Virus record (IMG/VR): IMGVR_UViG_2667527945_000002
Span: 1-64,000 of that record
Reading direction: 5' to 3' (one strand)
Source of the DNA: a virus
Taxonomy: Duplodnaviria > Caudoviricetes
Length of the DNA: 64,000 nucleotides
In this document: positions 1 to 9,755 of the stretch, one piece after another
How positions within the stretch are numbered: the first letter of the stretch is position 1
Layout: each line of letters begins with the position of its first letter
Position numbers and translations under genes: made by a program
Notes under the pieces: generated by a model
Told to the model about the DNA's origin: nothing
Seen by the model: only the letters and a program-made list of their open reading frames with translations
Database searches by the model: none

Positions 1-127
1 AAAGCTCGTGGAATAGAATTGCTTTTGATTGGCGAGGCAACATCGGTTCTTCGCCTTCTTTAGCAATTTCGCCGTAAACCCTCGCCCGATGAGGGCGGGG
101 ATATAAGGCGTAAGACGCGATAGCGTC

Positions 128-556
128 TTAATCTGGGGTTGATTGACTTTCCACATAAGCTTTTAATGTTTCAATAGTCGCACCGCCAGCAGTGCAAGCA
201 AAGTATGAACGAGACCACAGGGCGGAGCTTTTGCTCTGCCTTGTAAGGTGCGTGTTTTGTAGTCGTAGCATACGAGATGAAACTGCTTTTAAGTTGTTAA
301 CCATTACGCTGATTGAAAGTTTTGGAGGGTATGAGATCAGTAAATGAACGTGATCCTGTTCACCATCCATTTCTATCAATTCGCATTCGAGTTTTACACA
401 CGCTGACTCAAAAACTTCCCTTAACTGTTCGATCATAACTCCAGTAAACAACTTGCGTCTGTACTTCGTTGTAAATACCAGATGAACAACCAATTTGCTC
501 ACGCTGTGCCTTTTTCTGAGGTAATCTTGAAGCAACTCTTTGTTGTGTGCACTCAC
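128..556 (-). CDS. tnpA: IS200/IS605 Y1 (HUH) transposase TnpA
   Basis: HLVFTTKYRR, DHVHLL (HUH motif), LWSRSYF, C-terminal YVESQ catalytic Tyr. Confidence 0.97.
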   Translation of the reverse strand: MSAHNKELLQDYLRKRHSVSKLVVHLVFTTKYRRKLFTGVMIEQLREVFESACVKLECELIEMDGEQDHVHLLISYPPKLSISVMVNNLKAVSSRMLRLQNTHLTRQSKSSALWSRSYFACTAGGATIETLKAYVESQSTPD

Positions 557-600
557 TTTACAATATCCACATAAGATAATAATATTAATGAATTATACAT

Positions 601-1755
601 GTGAGCACTGAAATGTTAAGAGCAACAAAAATACGCATTTACCCAACGCAAGAACAAGCTGAGTTTTTAATCGCTCAGTTTGGTGCCGTGCGTTTTGCGT
701 ATAACAAAGCTCTGCATTTAAAATCGCACATGTACCGCAAGCATGGTGTCACACTGAATCCAAAAAAGGATATAAAACCACTGCTTGCTGTTGCTAAGAA
801 ATCCCGCAAATACCACTGGTTGAAGCAATATGATTCAATCGCCTTACAGCAATCGGTAATCAATCTTCACCAAGCCTTCGATAACTTCTTTAATCCGAAG
901 TTGAAAGCCAAGTACCCACAATTCAAACGTAGACATGGCAAGCAGTCGAGCTATCACTGTGTGGGTGTAAAGGTACTTGATGGGGCAATTAAGCTTCCAA
1001 AAATGAAGCCTATAGAGGCGAATGTTCACCGTGAGATTGCAGGTGTGGTTAAAAGCATCACTGTAAGCCTGAGCAATACAGGTAAGTTCTACGCATCAAT
1101 CCTTGCGGATGATGGAGTGGAAGCTTCAACACCACTCCATACAGTAAGAACAGTGACAGGTGTCGATCTGGGTTTGTCTCATTTTGCGATTGAGTCAAAC
1201 GGCAGAAAGACAGCCAACCCAAGATTTGTAAAACGCGCTGAGAAGAATCTCAGACGTAAGCAGCGTCAGCTATCCAGAAAAGCAAAAGGCAGTGCTAATC
1301 GCGCAAAAGCTCGAATACTTGTTGCTAAATGCCATGAGAAGGTAGCGAATGCTCGCGCTGATTTTCAACACAAACTCTCTCGAACTCTCGTTGACGAAAA
1401 CCAAGCGGTGATAGTTGAGACATTGAAATCAGCAAATATGATGAAAAACCGCAAACTAGCAAAACATATTGCTGATGCCTCATGGCATAGCTTTGTTGTG
1501 AAACTGGAATACAAACTGAAAGAGCAAGGTAAGCACCTAGTAAAGCTAGACCAGTGGTACGCCAGTTCTAAGACATGCCACTGTTGCGGTCATAAAATGG
1601 AAGAAATGCCCTTATCGGTTCGCAAATGGGATTGCCCATCTTGTGGTACAACGGATATTGATCGCGACTTAAATGCCGCCCTTAATATTCGTGATAAAGG
1701 CATTCTAGAATTAAAGGCGGCTGGACGGTCGTTTCTGCTTATGGAAGCTGCGTAA
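601..1755 (+). CDS. tnpB: RNA-guided endonuclease TnpB
   Basis: N-terminal HTH (RIYPTQEQ), RuvC motifs GVDLG, IVETL and DRDLNAALNI, Zn ribbon CHCCG..CPSCG. Confidence 0.96.
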   Translation: MSTEMLRATKIRIYPTQEQAEFLIAQFGAVRFAYNKALHLKSHMYRKHGVTLNPKKDIKPLLAVAKKSRKYHWLKQYDSIALQQSVINLHQAFDNFFNPKLKAKYPQFKRRHGKQSSYHCVGVKVLDGAIKLPKMKPIEANVHREIAGVVKSITVSLSNTGKFYASILADDGVEASTPLHTVRTVTGVDLGLSHFAIESNGRKTANPRFVKRAEKNLRRKQRQLSRKAKGSANRAKARILVAKCHEKVANARADFQHKLSRTLVDENQAVIVETLKSANMMKNRKLAKHIADASWHSFVVKLEYKLKEQGKHLVKLDQWYASSKTCHCCGHKMEEMPLSVRKWDCPSCGTTDIDRDLNAALNIRDKGILELKAAGRSFLLMEAA

Positions 1756-1843
1756 GTCTCGATACTATCGAGCAACGGCTAACGAAATAAGAAGCATCGC
1801 CTGATAAGGCGGTGAGAAGTCACAGGTTGTTAAAGAATCACCG
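1650..1843 (+). ncRNA. Predicted TnpB omega/reRNA (right-end scaffold plus guide from the flank starting at 1824); 5' end approximate
   Basis: Established TnpB biology: the RNA overlaps the tnpB 3' end and the right end, and the guide comes from flanking DNA. Boundaries are inferred. Confidence 0.55.
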
Positions 1844-2068
1844 GATACACCTATGGGGATAACAATCGAAGGCAATGCAGCGTTTACGGTAGAACTACCG
1901 AAAGCTGGTGCGTTTCATCATTACCCACTTGATGATAAGAGCGAAATGAACGTTGTCATGTTCAAAATGGATAACTCAACCAAAAACACACCAGAAATTT
2001 CATTTCAACTTTCTAATGCAGAGCTGAAAGAGCTTAAAAAGGTGAGTGTTTTGCCTGTGATCGGGTAA
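1824..2068 (+). pseudogene. 3' part of a hypothetical gene interrupted by the IS (5' part at 1-63 and upstream of the window)
   Basis: Joining 3-63 to 1824 reads SSWNRIAFDWRGNIGSSPSL-E-VVKESPDTPMGITIEG.. in frame with the 1853 ORF. Confidence 0.75.
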
Positions 2069-2080
2069 TGGAGAGGTTTT

Positions 2081-2401
2081 ATGAGTATCACTATTTTTGG
2101 CACCGTTCTGGTGCCTCAATCAATGAGTGAAGATGAAGCTCAGGCGCTTCAGCGTGAAATATCCGAGCGTGATGATTTTAAAGCTATCCGTGTGCAAAGG
2201 GATGTGACCCGCAAGGCTCATTTCTTGTTTGAAGGTGAGCGCACGATTGAATCAAAAGGGCTTGAGCACCCAGACGTTATGTTTGGCGCTTGGTGCGAGA
2301 CTGGCGGCGATCCATTTTTCTATGAGCCAGCCTACAAACCAATTGCCTACTTCCTGAAAGATCGTGGCTATAACCTGTTAAGTTTTCCTAGAGAGAGATA
2401 A
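2081..2401 (+). CDS. hypothetical phage protein
   Basis: ORF with GGAGAGG ribosome binding site (RBS), operon-like spacing. Confidence 0.75.
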   Translation: MSITIFGTVLVPQSMSEDEAQALQREISERDDFKAIRVQRDVTRKAHFLFEGERTIESKGLEHPDVMFGAWCETGGDPFFYEPAYKPIAYFLKDRGYNLLSFPRER

Positions 2402-2403
2402 AG

Positions 2404-2691
2404 ATGAGTGACAGCATAGTGCAATTGTCTAACGTGTTTGGGGTGCTGAAAGAGAAGCTGCCCACAATTGAAAATGAGTTTGACCCGCTTGAGCTGGAAG
2501 TTGAAGAGCGCGACGGTATTGTTGTCGACTACATCATTAATAAGGCCGGTGAGGGCTATGTATTGGTGATTGACGATCGTGACTTAACACCTGAACTAAT
2601 CACACTGGAATTTGAAACTGGTGATGCCATGGTGGCCTATTTTGAGAAAGGGCAGCGTAAGCCAATGGTGCTTGATTCGGTTGAAAATTAA
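2404..2691 (+). CDS. hypothetical acidic protein
   Basis: Tightly coupled ORF; ends in MVLDSVEN. Confidence 0.75.
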   Translation: MSDSIVQLSNVFGVLKEKLPTIENEFDPLELEVEERDGIVVDYIINKAGEGYVLVIDDRDLTPELITLEFETGDAMVAYFEKGQRKPMVLDSVEN

Positions 2692-2700
2692 GGAGGATTT

Positions 2701-2892
2701 ATGGCTTCAAGTTCAGCAAAACAGCTAATGAGAGCTTATACAGTTCAGGTTCAAAGTGCGGCTCGTCGTGTATCAGATCCCCACAATAACCGTGACAAAG
2801 CTTTTAAAGTGATTGATAAGCAATGCGGTAAGGTCTATCCACGAGGTAAGGCTTGGGATAGGATTGCAGAGCTTTCGGATATTTGCCTTTAG
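2701..2892 (+). CDS. hypothetical protein
   Basis: Strong AGGAGG RBS. Confidence 0.7.
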   Translation: MASSSAKQLMRAYTVQVQSAARRVSDPHNNRDKAFKVIDKQCGKVYPRGKAWDRIAELSDICL

Positions 2893-2912
2893 CATTCGGG
2901 CGGGTTTAACTA

Positions 2913-3346
2913 ATGAAAATACCACAGTGGGCGCTTAACATTCTGTATTCGAAAGGGTTTCAGTTTGAAGTTGCAGGATTGAACAGTGAGATATGGAAAA
3001 AGTTCATTTCTGAATTTAATGACCAGCACTTTGCTGAGCGTGACTTACCCAATTACTTCCCTGCGTTCATTGAGAAGTTAATTGATAATGGGTGGATAGA
3101 TAAAGTAAGAACGCAATTAAAGGCTTCAAAAGCTCCGTTCAATAAAGCAAAAAAAGTTCATCAATAGACATCTTAGAAGAGAAGATTGATAACTTTTTCA
3201 AAGAACAGTCGCTGAAAGGTGAAATTGTGGAATTCAAAGTTATTGTTCAGTGTCCTCATTGTAATAATAACTCTTCTATATCAAGGTACGACTTGATGCG
3301 AGGTATTGTGGACTGTGGTTCATGTAATGAGTTCTTCAGCGTTTAA
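2913..3346 (+). CDS. hypothetical protein with C-terminal Zn ribbon (frameshift at an A tract near 3150)
   Basis: One extra A in GCAAAAAAAG extends the ORF to CPHC..CGSC..FSV* at 3346. Confidence 0.65.
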
Positions 3347-3422
3347 GACAACCTTTTGTTGTGGCGATAGGGTGAGCGCAATGCCACCCTAAGTCCGTTT
3401 TATCGAGTAGAAAGGAACGGAC

Positions 3423-3869
3423 ATGGATAAATTAGAACAGTTAGGCCAGCAACTTGCCACGGCCATGCAGCAAGCTGATCATGCCAATGTAGGCTCGATT
3501 GGCAGTGTGAATCACAAGATAAGCCCGTTAGCGTATGAGCTAGCTAAGAGCACCAATCCCTATTTAAACCTCCTTAAACAGAATCATGAGCGATTTCAGC
3601 ATGAGCATGGGCGTCCGGCTCAGAACGTGTATATGCCTATGGCTATGCTAATGTCTCTTGTTGGTGATTTGCCCCAAATGGAGCAACAGCTTTTCTGGAT
3701 GTCTGACACTAAGAAAATTGAAGGTATGGAAGTGAAGCTTACTCAAGATGGCACACTTCGTTTTATTGATCAAAAAAGGCCATCGCAAGGATGGCCAAGT
3801 GTGAGACTTTCAAGGAGTTATTATTATGCGGTTACGACCGCATGGTTATTATTCAGCGCATCTAAGTAA
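3423..3869 (+). CDS. hypothetical protein
   Basis: ORF with RBS, preceded by a copy of the late-promoter-like motif (3357-3390). Confidence 0.7.
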   Translation: MDKLEQLGQQLATAMQQADHANVGSIGSVNHKISPLAYELAKSTNPYLNLLKQNHERFQHEHGRPAQNVYMPMAMLMSLVGDLPQMEQQLFWMSDTKKIEGMEVKLTQDGTLRFIDQKRPSQGWPSVRLSRSYYYAVTTAWLLFSASK

Positions 3870-4386
3870 TTAGACACGGCGCCCATAGAGTTGGCGTGTC
3901 TGATTGATAGAGCGGTATTAATTGAGCCAGTTACTTTCGCTTGCTCTACTAATTCGTTGTCGACGGCGTTATTTTTGCCAGCCATTCAGCAACATCGCTC
4001 CATGCCCATAAAGGACGGCTACTGTCTACTCGTAAGATAGGAGTCGGAAAATCACCTTTTCCACGGCTACCTTTGCTGTATCGAGAAAGCGTCGCTTTCG
4101 TAGTGCCGGCCAATTCAGCGGCATCGCTTAGGCTGACCAAATCACCTATATCAACAGATAGACAGACTAAACCAGCAACTGATTCGATGTCAGATATCGC
4201 AGACATAACCGCTTGTTCGTAACTCTCGCCTTTTCGCGTGAAGTTTACGTACAGGGTGCCATTGTATGCCGCTGGGTGTGCATCGCTGCATCCAGCCTCA
4301 TACAATGCGTCTGAGACATCAAACAAATCGTCGTCGGTAGTGATCTTCTTTCCGCCTACCACAATATCAAAACTGTATTTTTTCAT
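3824..4386 (-). CDS. HicB-like antitoxin / HTH DNA-binding protein (frameshift at a tract near 3972)
   Basis: N-terminal DALYEAGCSDA..FTRKG domain, then HTH (VSLSDAAELAGTTKATLSRY) and FPTP..PLWAW. One added base extends the ORF to 3824. Confidence 0.65.
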
Positions 4387-4447
4387 AGCTACTTTCCTAT
4401 GATGTGTGAGACTTGAAGAAGTAGGCCGCCGTTTGACGGCCTAAGTG

Positions 4448-4669
4448 TTAATTGCATTTATCTACTAATGAGATTATGTCTTTCGCATGGTCTTGAGGGC
4501 TGTCAGGCGTTCCCCAAACTGATTTCTGATGGCACTTGTTTTCGTTACCACAGCGTAAAATTCCCACTGCATGACCTTTTCCCTTACGTTTGATGTAAGT
4601 CCAGCCACTAGACACGGCATATGCAATCGCCGCGTTGATCTCTTTATTTTTATGATATGCGATAGGCAT
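4448..4669 (-). CDS. HicA-like toxin
   Basis: Small basic protein, GW..GKGH..SVWGTP pattern, upstream of the HTH antitoxin. Confidence 0.6.
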   Translation of the reverse strand: MPIAYHKNKEINAAIAYAVSSGWTYIKRKGKGHAVGILRCGNENKCHQKSVWGTPDSPQDHAKDIISLVDKCN

Positions 4670-4723
4670 CTCCTTCTAAATAAGTCTCACATTGTTAAAG
4701 AACGTAGTTCGCCAAAACGGCTA

Positions 4724-4776
4724 ACTGGTAACAATAGTAACCGCTATATATTAAAGTGTCAACGTTTGTTACCAGT
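4724..4776 (-). promoter_or_regulatory. sigma70 promoter of the toxin-antitoxin pair, bracketed by an 11-bp inverted repeat
   Basis: Minus strand TTGACA(4762-4757)-N17-TACTAT; ACTGGTAACAA 4724-4734 and TTGTTACCAGT 4766-4776. Confidence 0.65.
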
Positions 4777-4953
4777 ACGCCAGATTCGACAAGGCGATTA
4801 TACACCTAATTGAGTAAACGCCTAGTTGACACAACTCACTTAAAGCAATTAGCGAAGCCCATCAAAACAAGCCTAATCAGTGCCTTATATATCTGTAATT
4901 GTCATAACGAGAAAATAAGCAAAACAAAGCAATATGATTGAGCAATATTTCCC

Positions 4954-4987
4954 TGTTGCTGCGGCAATGCTAGCCAGCGTTCATCAT
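4954..4987 (+). promoter_or_regulatory. putative late promoter (variant copy)
   Basis: TGTTGCTGC-N19-CATCAT upstream of the tail operon. Confidence 0.5.
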
Positions 4988-5015
4988 GACCCTATTTGCA
5001 TGATGAGACGAAACC

Positions 5016-5642
5016 ATGAGCAGGCAGAAAAAGATATTTTGCGTCACTTTGCTGGGGCAGGACCAGATCCAAGCCACGGCTGTTTTTGATAACGACCTTC
5101 TGGTGATCGCCAAACTAGAAAAAATCTCTGGTGCTTTTGGTACGTGGAAGCGAAAGCTCAAGCGGGACCTAAAGAAAAAGCACGAAGAAGGCTATCACAT
5201 GCTGATTGAAGAGCGTGGGGAAGAATTCAACGAGTACGCGCATAAAGTCTTACTGGAAGATGCCGACCCGAACGAAAAGCGCGGTTACATGAATATCGCC
5301 TTTGACCACTACTTCAACTTAATGCGCCTTGGTGATGAGACCGACGGCAATCAGATTGGTTGTCTGGTCCTGAACAAAGGATTAGAGCGCCACTGGATCC
5401 GTGATTCCATGGTTAACATCATGCCAGATGACCGTGGGCGTTATCGCTATGACATCGACCATGCCAAGTTTTCCGGCTACCAACGTGCGATTTTACTCTG
5501 CGTGTTGGCTGCTCGTGAGTTCAACCAAGTCAATCAAGACTATCTGGATACTTTCTTTGAGGCGATTGACGTCGAAGAGGAAGAAGGCGTGTTCTCAACG
5601 CTTCGTCGTATCACCATAGAAAAAGACTTGAGGGATCTATGA
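5016..5642 (+). CDS. P1 gp5-like morphogenesis protein
   Basis: First gene of the tail operon; size and synteny with the P1 5/26/25/7/24/6 group. Confidence 0.5.
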   Translation: MSRQKKIFCVTLLGQDQIQATAVFDNDLLVIAKLEKISGAFGTWKRKLKRDLKKKHEEGYHMLIEERGEEFNEYAHKVLLEDADPNEKRGYMNIAFDHYFNLMRLGDETDGNQIGCLVLNKGLERHWIRDSMVNIMPDDRGRYRYDIDHAKFSGYQRAILLCVLAAREFNQVNQDYLDTFFEAIDVEEEEGVFSTLRRITIEKDLRDL

Positions 5643-5953
5643 CGCAGTTATCACGCCTAAGCCCTCTTAACATTCAAGACGAATTGATACGTGCTCGCTT
5701 TTATCGTGAGCTGCGTGACGGTTTGTTTGAGTGGGAAGAATGGGAAGTATCTATAGATGAAATCCGTATGCCAGAGCTGATTTCTCTCCGTTATTACGGG
5801 ACCGAAAACCTTAAAAAGATCGTAGCGGTCTGTGCTGGCCTTGATGATATGCGCGAATACCTCAAAGCGGGTAGCCTTATTCGCCTACCAACCATTAAGT
5901 GGGTAAGGACTCGTATTCGCTATTACTGCCAGTTTGAGCAGGAGGGCGTATGA
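5639..5953 (+). CDS. P1 gp26-like baseplate protein (LysM/tail-X like)
   Basis: PELISLRYYG..L..G..IRLP pattern; synteny. Confidence 0.7.
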   Translation: MTQLSRLSPLNIQDELIRARFYRELRDGLFEWEEWEVSIDEIRMPELISLRYYGTENLKKIVAVCAGLDDMREYLKAGSLIRLPTIKWVRTRIRYYCQFEQEGV

Positions 5954-7128
5954 AGCAGCCAGAAATGACCAAGACGGTTCGTGGTCAGGATAAGGACTTT
6001 AACGAAAGGCGAAGAAACCAGAAGGCTGAACGCCAGTACGCCCGACGAACGTTATCACCTTCCGCTATCCGTGAAGCCATCAAGACCGGTGATTTACCGC
6101 TTTATCACTCAGTGTTACTGGGTTCCAAGAAAGGCGGCGATCCCTTCACTATTGATGATATGCGAGCCTTTGATAAGGCGCGTAAGTCAACGTCTAAGAA
6201 GTGGGGCCGTACTCGTGGCGCACCACTGGATCAGCTGATTGTTGCGTCTCGTAAAATTGACGTGCAACGGGCCAATACTGAAATTAAAGTCGCCCGACTC
6301 TATAAAGTTCGTGGTGACTTGCTGCATTTCAACGTTACAGCGTCAGGCAAGCACGGCGAAGACAGTTATCAGGTCCGTATCCGGTTAGAAAACTGGATGG
6401 AAGAGCTAACCCAAACACAGCGCAGCTGGATAGCAGCAGTAAAGCGCATCACATTGGGTAATGTATCCATTGACTGTCAGTGTGGCCGTTATCAATTCTG
6501 GTACCGATATGTTGCGACTGCCGGCAACTTTGCCATTGCTCCCTATGAGAAAGACTTTCCAAAAATCCGAAACCCTCAGCTAACAGGCTGTTGCTGTAAG
6601 CACCAGTTAAAAGCATTGGGCGCCTTGAAATCCCCGACCGTACAAGCACAGCTCGCTAAGCAGCTGCAGGCACAGGCTGAAAAAGAAGGCTTTGCCGGCG
6701 ACAACACCGACTCGTTCTTAACCAAAGAAGACCGTGAGCAGCTAGAACGCGCCCGTCCTCGTGATGTGGACAAAGCCGCTGCTATGCAAGTGATCAACAA
6801 AATGAAGCAGGCAAAGCGTGTATTCAAGCGTCAAGTGAAAGATCCGAAGTACATCAAGAAGCTGGAAAAAGAAGTGTCAGAGCTGCGTAAACAGCTAAGT
6901 AAGCAGCAAGCCAAGGTATCAACCAGTAAGGCGAAGGCAAAGAAAGCTGTTGAGCAGCGCCAGAAACAAGCACAGAGCGCTAATCGTGACCAATTGAAGA
7001 CCTTACTTAGATCAGAGCTGGACAGAGCCAAGATGTACGGCGCAGACCGTGATAGTGCGGTAAAAGTCTTCGCCAAAATGAATAAAGTGCCTCTTTCTGA
7101 CGCCCAGAAACTCGCTAAGGACCTGTAA
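5950..7128 (+). CDS. P1 gp25-like tail protein with SWIM-type Zn finger
   Basis: DCQCGRYQFWYRY..PKIRNP..CCKH; synteny. Confidence 0.75.
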   Translation: MKQPEMTKTVRGQDKDFNERRRNQKAERQYARRTLSPSAIREAIKTGDLPLYHSVLLGSKKGGDPFTIDDMRAFDKARKSTSKKWGRTRGAPLDQLIVASRKIDVQRANTEIKVARLYKVRGDLLHFNVTASGKHGEDSYQVRIRLENWMEELTQTQRSWIAAVKRITLGNVSIDCQCGRYQFWYRYVATAGNFAIAPYEKDFPKIRNPQLTGCCCKHQLKALGALKSPTVQAQLAKQLQAQAEKEGFAGDNTDSFLTKEDREQLERARPRDVDKAAAMQVINKMKQAKRVFKRQVKDPKYIKKLEKEVSELRKQLSKQQAKVSTSKAKAKKAVEQRQKQAQSANRDQLKTLLRSELDRAKMYGADRDSAVKVFAKMNKVPLSDAQKLAKDL

Positions 7129-7868
7129 TGAGTCGAATTACCCCAATAGACCGTAGACGTGTGTTTGAGCCGATCTACAGCGATCTACAAAAGACATTAG
7201 ATATAAGCCCCAATGCGTTTGATTGTCTGCTATTCAAAGCGCAGCTGAACGCATTAGAGCATCTTGAAGACAGTGATGTGGTTGGCAACTTGGAAGCAAG
7301 GGAGGAAACATTTTCTTATAGTAGCCCCTCCCCAACACGAGCCATAGAATTGCCCAATGATGGTAGCTCTATTCAAATGCTGGCATTTGGCGACGGTGCG
7401 GACGAAGGCGAAGAAGTCTTTCAGATGCTCATCAAAGAGCCGAACGTACCAGAGCAAAGCGTTATCTGGATTGAAGAGCTGGTTGATGATGAAGAAATAC
7501 AGGTTCGCTTGCTCTACATCGTCAAGGCTGAAGCTATCGGCAAAAATGGTTCAGGCGGTTTTAAGTACCACCTCATGCCGTTTGATGTTGGTAGTGACTT
7601 CTTGCCAGATAAGTTTGAACCAGGAGCCGGTGAGCCGATTGAGTTCTTACCAAATCCACATCCAGAGCCAAGTTTAACCGGCGTGGTGAACAAGTTGGCA
7701 CAAGCAGCCAGCAAAGAGCAGATTGAATCCCTACGCCAGCCAGTACCAACGGTAAGCGAGCAGGATGAAGTCAACGAAGAAAGCCTGAACAAACAAGCTG
7801 TGGACCTCCAAGACAAAGTGGGATCCATTGCCGATATATTTGATGTATTCAAAGGGGACGATGAATGA
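7128..7868 (+). CDS. P1 gp7-like tail/neck protein with C-terminal extension
   Basis: Synteny between gp25-like and gp24-like genes; acidic. Confidence 0.55.
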   Translation: MSRITPIDRRRVFEPIYSDLQKTLDISPNAFDCLLFKAQLNALEHLEDSDVVGNLEAREETFSYSSPSPTRAIELPNDGSSIQMLAFGDGADEGEEVFQMLIKEPNVPEQSVIWIEELVDDEEIQVRLLYIVKAEAIGKNGSGGFKYHLMPFDVGSDFLPDKFEPGAGEPIEFLPNPHPEPSLTGVVNKLAQAASKEQIESLRQPVPTVSEQDEVNEESLNKQAVDLQDKVGSIADIFDVFKGDDE

Positions 7869-8788
7869 GTACCGATCCTAATACGCCCGTCGATATTACA
7901 TTAACGCCGATCACTGGTGTTGATGATACGACAGTGACGGCGCCATCCCCTAGCGACATTACCACTCAGCCAATACAGAACAAAGTTACGGTACCGTCAG
8001 TATCGGCGCCAGCTTCTGTCGACTACACGCCCGTTTCTACCTCTGACGAGGTCAATGATGAGTCGCTGAACCGTACAGCGAAGACGCTGCGTGATGATGT
8101 CAATGCCAAGCTGACCTCCTTTGCTAACTCAGTCTCTTTGATTTTGGGGCAGTTAGGGACCGAGCACAGTCAGCAGATTGTTGAAATAAACAACAAGATG
8201 GCATCACTACGAGACTCGATTAACGCAGAGCTAGCGACCATTCGCACAGAGAACGAGCAGCAGAACGCAGACATGGCAACGGCCATTAACCAGCGTTTAT
8301 CTGTCGTAATGTCGAACCTGACTACGCTCTCTGGCGCAATTAAGAACAGCCAAGACAAGATAGCTGCATTAGATGCTACCTACGCAACAGATTCTGACAT
8401 TGCCGCCAAAGTGGCGACTATCAATGCAGCACTGGAGCAGCTTAACCAGACGGATACGGACGTGCTGCAGCAGATGCAGGATACCGTCAATCTGGTGAAC
8501 TCGATGCGAAAGCTCAAAGAGAAAAACGTTACGATTTCTAGTTCTGCCGGTACCTATGACTTTTTGACCGTTCAGGAGGGAATGGGAAGCTATCCACTGG
8601 TCACTGACTATATGGCAACTGCCACGGTAGAAGGCAATCCGCTGGTGGAAGCGTATATCACACAAAAACTCGCGGTCGGCTTCACCATTGAGTTGAAGTC
8701 AAAAGGGGTGCATTTCCGTCCTCAACCGCATGATGCCAGCGTCACGCCTGTTTCAGTTCGCGTGGCACTGACTACAACGCAGAGCTAA
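7865..8788 (+). CDS. coiled-coil fibre/whisker-like virion protein
   Basis: T/P-rich N-terminus, long heptad region, C-terminal beta domain. Confidence 0.55.
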   Translation: MSTDPNTPVDITLTPITGVDDTTVTAPSPSDITTQPIQNKVTVPSVSAPASVDYTPVSTSDEVNDESLNRTAKTLRDDVNAKLTSFANSVSLILGQLGTEHSQQIVEINNKMASLRDSINAELATIRTENEQQNADMATAINQRLSVVMSNLTTLSGAIKNSQDKIAALDATYATDSDIAAKVATINAALEQLNQTDTDVLQQMQDTVNLVNSMRKLKEKNVTISSSAGTYDFLTVQEGMGSYPLVTDYMATATVEGNPLVEAYITQKLAVGFTIELKSKGVHFRPQPHDASVTPVSVRVALTTTQS

Positions 8789-8790
8789 GC

Positions 8791-8988
8791 ATGACAGTAG
8801 ACTCTAAGCGTTATGGTGATTTAGCAACGGAACAACAAGTTGCCAATGCCAAAGGTGAAGCTCAGGCAGGCATGGTCTCCACGCTGGCATTTGAGCAGTT
8901 TAAACAGGAACTGATGACGGCAGTTGATGCCATCACTAAACAAAACAACGATTCAGCAGATCGTTTAAGTGGGAAAACCAATGCGTAA
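8791..8988 (+). CDS. small fibre-associated protein
   Basis: Coupled ORF, helical. Confidence 0.55.
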   Translation: MTVDSKRYGDLATEQQVANAKGEAQAGMVSTLAFEQFKQELMTAVDAITKQNNDSADRLSGKTNA

Positions 8989-9017
8989 ACAATATAACGA
9001 AACTTTGGGAGGTCGTC

Positions 9018-9755
9018 ATGAGTGACTTTCAACCGCTAGTAGAAAGTAATCGCCGTTTAACTGAAACGGTTGAGAATAAAGTTGGCGAAATTGATCAGCG
9101 TGTAGAAAGTGCTGAGCAGGAATATAACCAGTTAATTAATGGTATTCGTTCAGATTTCCCGTTCTACAGGTTAACTAAAAACCAAGAGTTAAAGATTGGG
9201 GGCGTTTTAACTGTTGGCTCTACAGGCACTCCTGATGGTTGGGCCAATCGTGATGACACAGGGCACCTCGTTGAACTTGTTGCATTTACTGAGACAGGCG
9301 TTGACCCAGAAAATAAAAACCCAATAATTCAAGATATGTTTACGGATTTATTGGGTGGGGTTCCAAAACATAATCAGCCTAATTTTGCTGTAATTCGTGT
9401 AACTACCAAACCAGACTATCCACCACAGAGTATTTCTAAGTTATTTACTCTTTATCAAGGGCCTATCCCTGACGGGGTTCCTTTGACTTTTGGTGGTTGG
9501 ATTAAAGTGGAGTCCGGTGAGGTTCGCTTCCTAAGCAATGCGATCTCTGATGTAGTACCAGCAGACGGGAAGTGGCACGAAAAGATTCGACACGCTGATA
9601 TGTCTAATGGTGGGGCTAGTTATACATTTGGGCCGCACCTTTATATCGAACCTGGAGCTAGTTGCCTGTTGGCATTACCAGCTGTGGTTGCTGGAAAAGT
9701 ACCTCAAGGTAAGTGGGGCTTTATTAATAAACCTGTTTTGGAGCATGAAGGCTAA
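9018..9755 (+). CDS. putative receptor-binding / tail fibre distal protein
   Basis: N-terminal coiled coil (LTETVENKVGEIDQRV), then a beta-rich domain; visibly more AT-rich codons; followed by a chaperone. Confidence 0.6.
   Translation: MSDFQPLVESNRRLTETVENKVGEIDQRVESAEQEYNQLINGIRSDFPFYRLTKNQELKIGGVLTVGSTGTPDGWANRDDTGHLVELVAFTETGVDPENKNPIIQDMFTDLLGGVPKHNQPNFAVIRVTTKPDYPPQSISKLFTLYQGPIPDGVPLTFGGWIKVESGEVRFLSNAISDVVPADGKWHEKIRHADMSNGGASYTFGPHLYIEPGASCLLALPAVVAGKVPQGKWGFINKPVLEHEG

Larger units (their letters stand above)
64..1823 (+). mobile_element. IS200/IS605-family insertion sequence (divergent tnpA/tnpB)
   Basis: Left-end hairpin CCCTCGCCC..GGGCGGGG at about 79-100. Right-end hairpin CATCGCC..GGCGGTG followed by TCAC ending at 1823. 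Target TTAG at 60-63. Removing 64-1823 restores an open frame. Confidence 0.9.
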
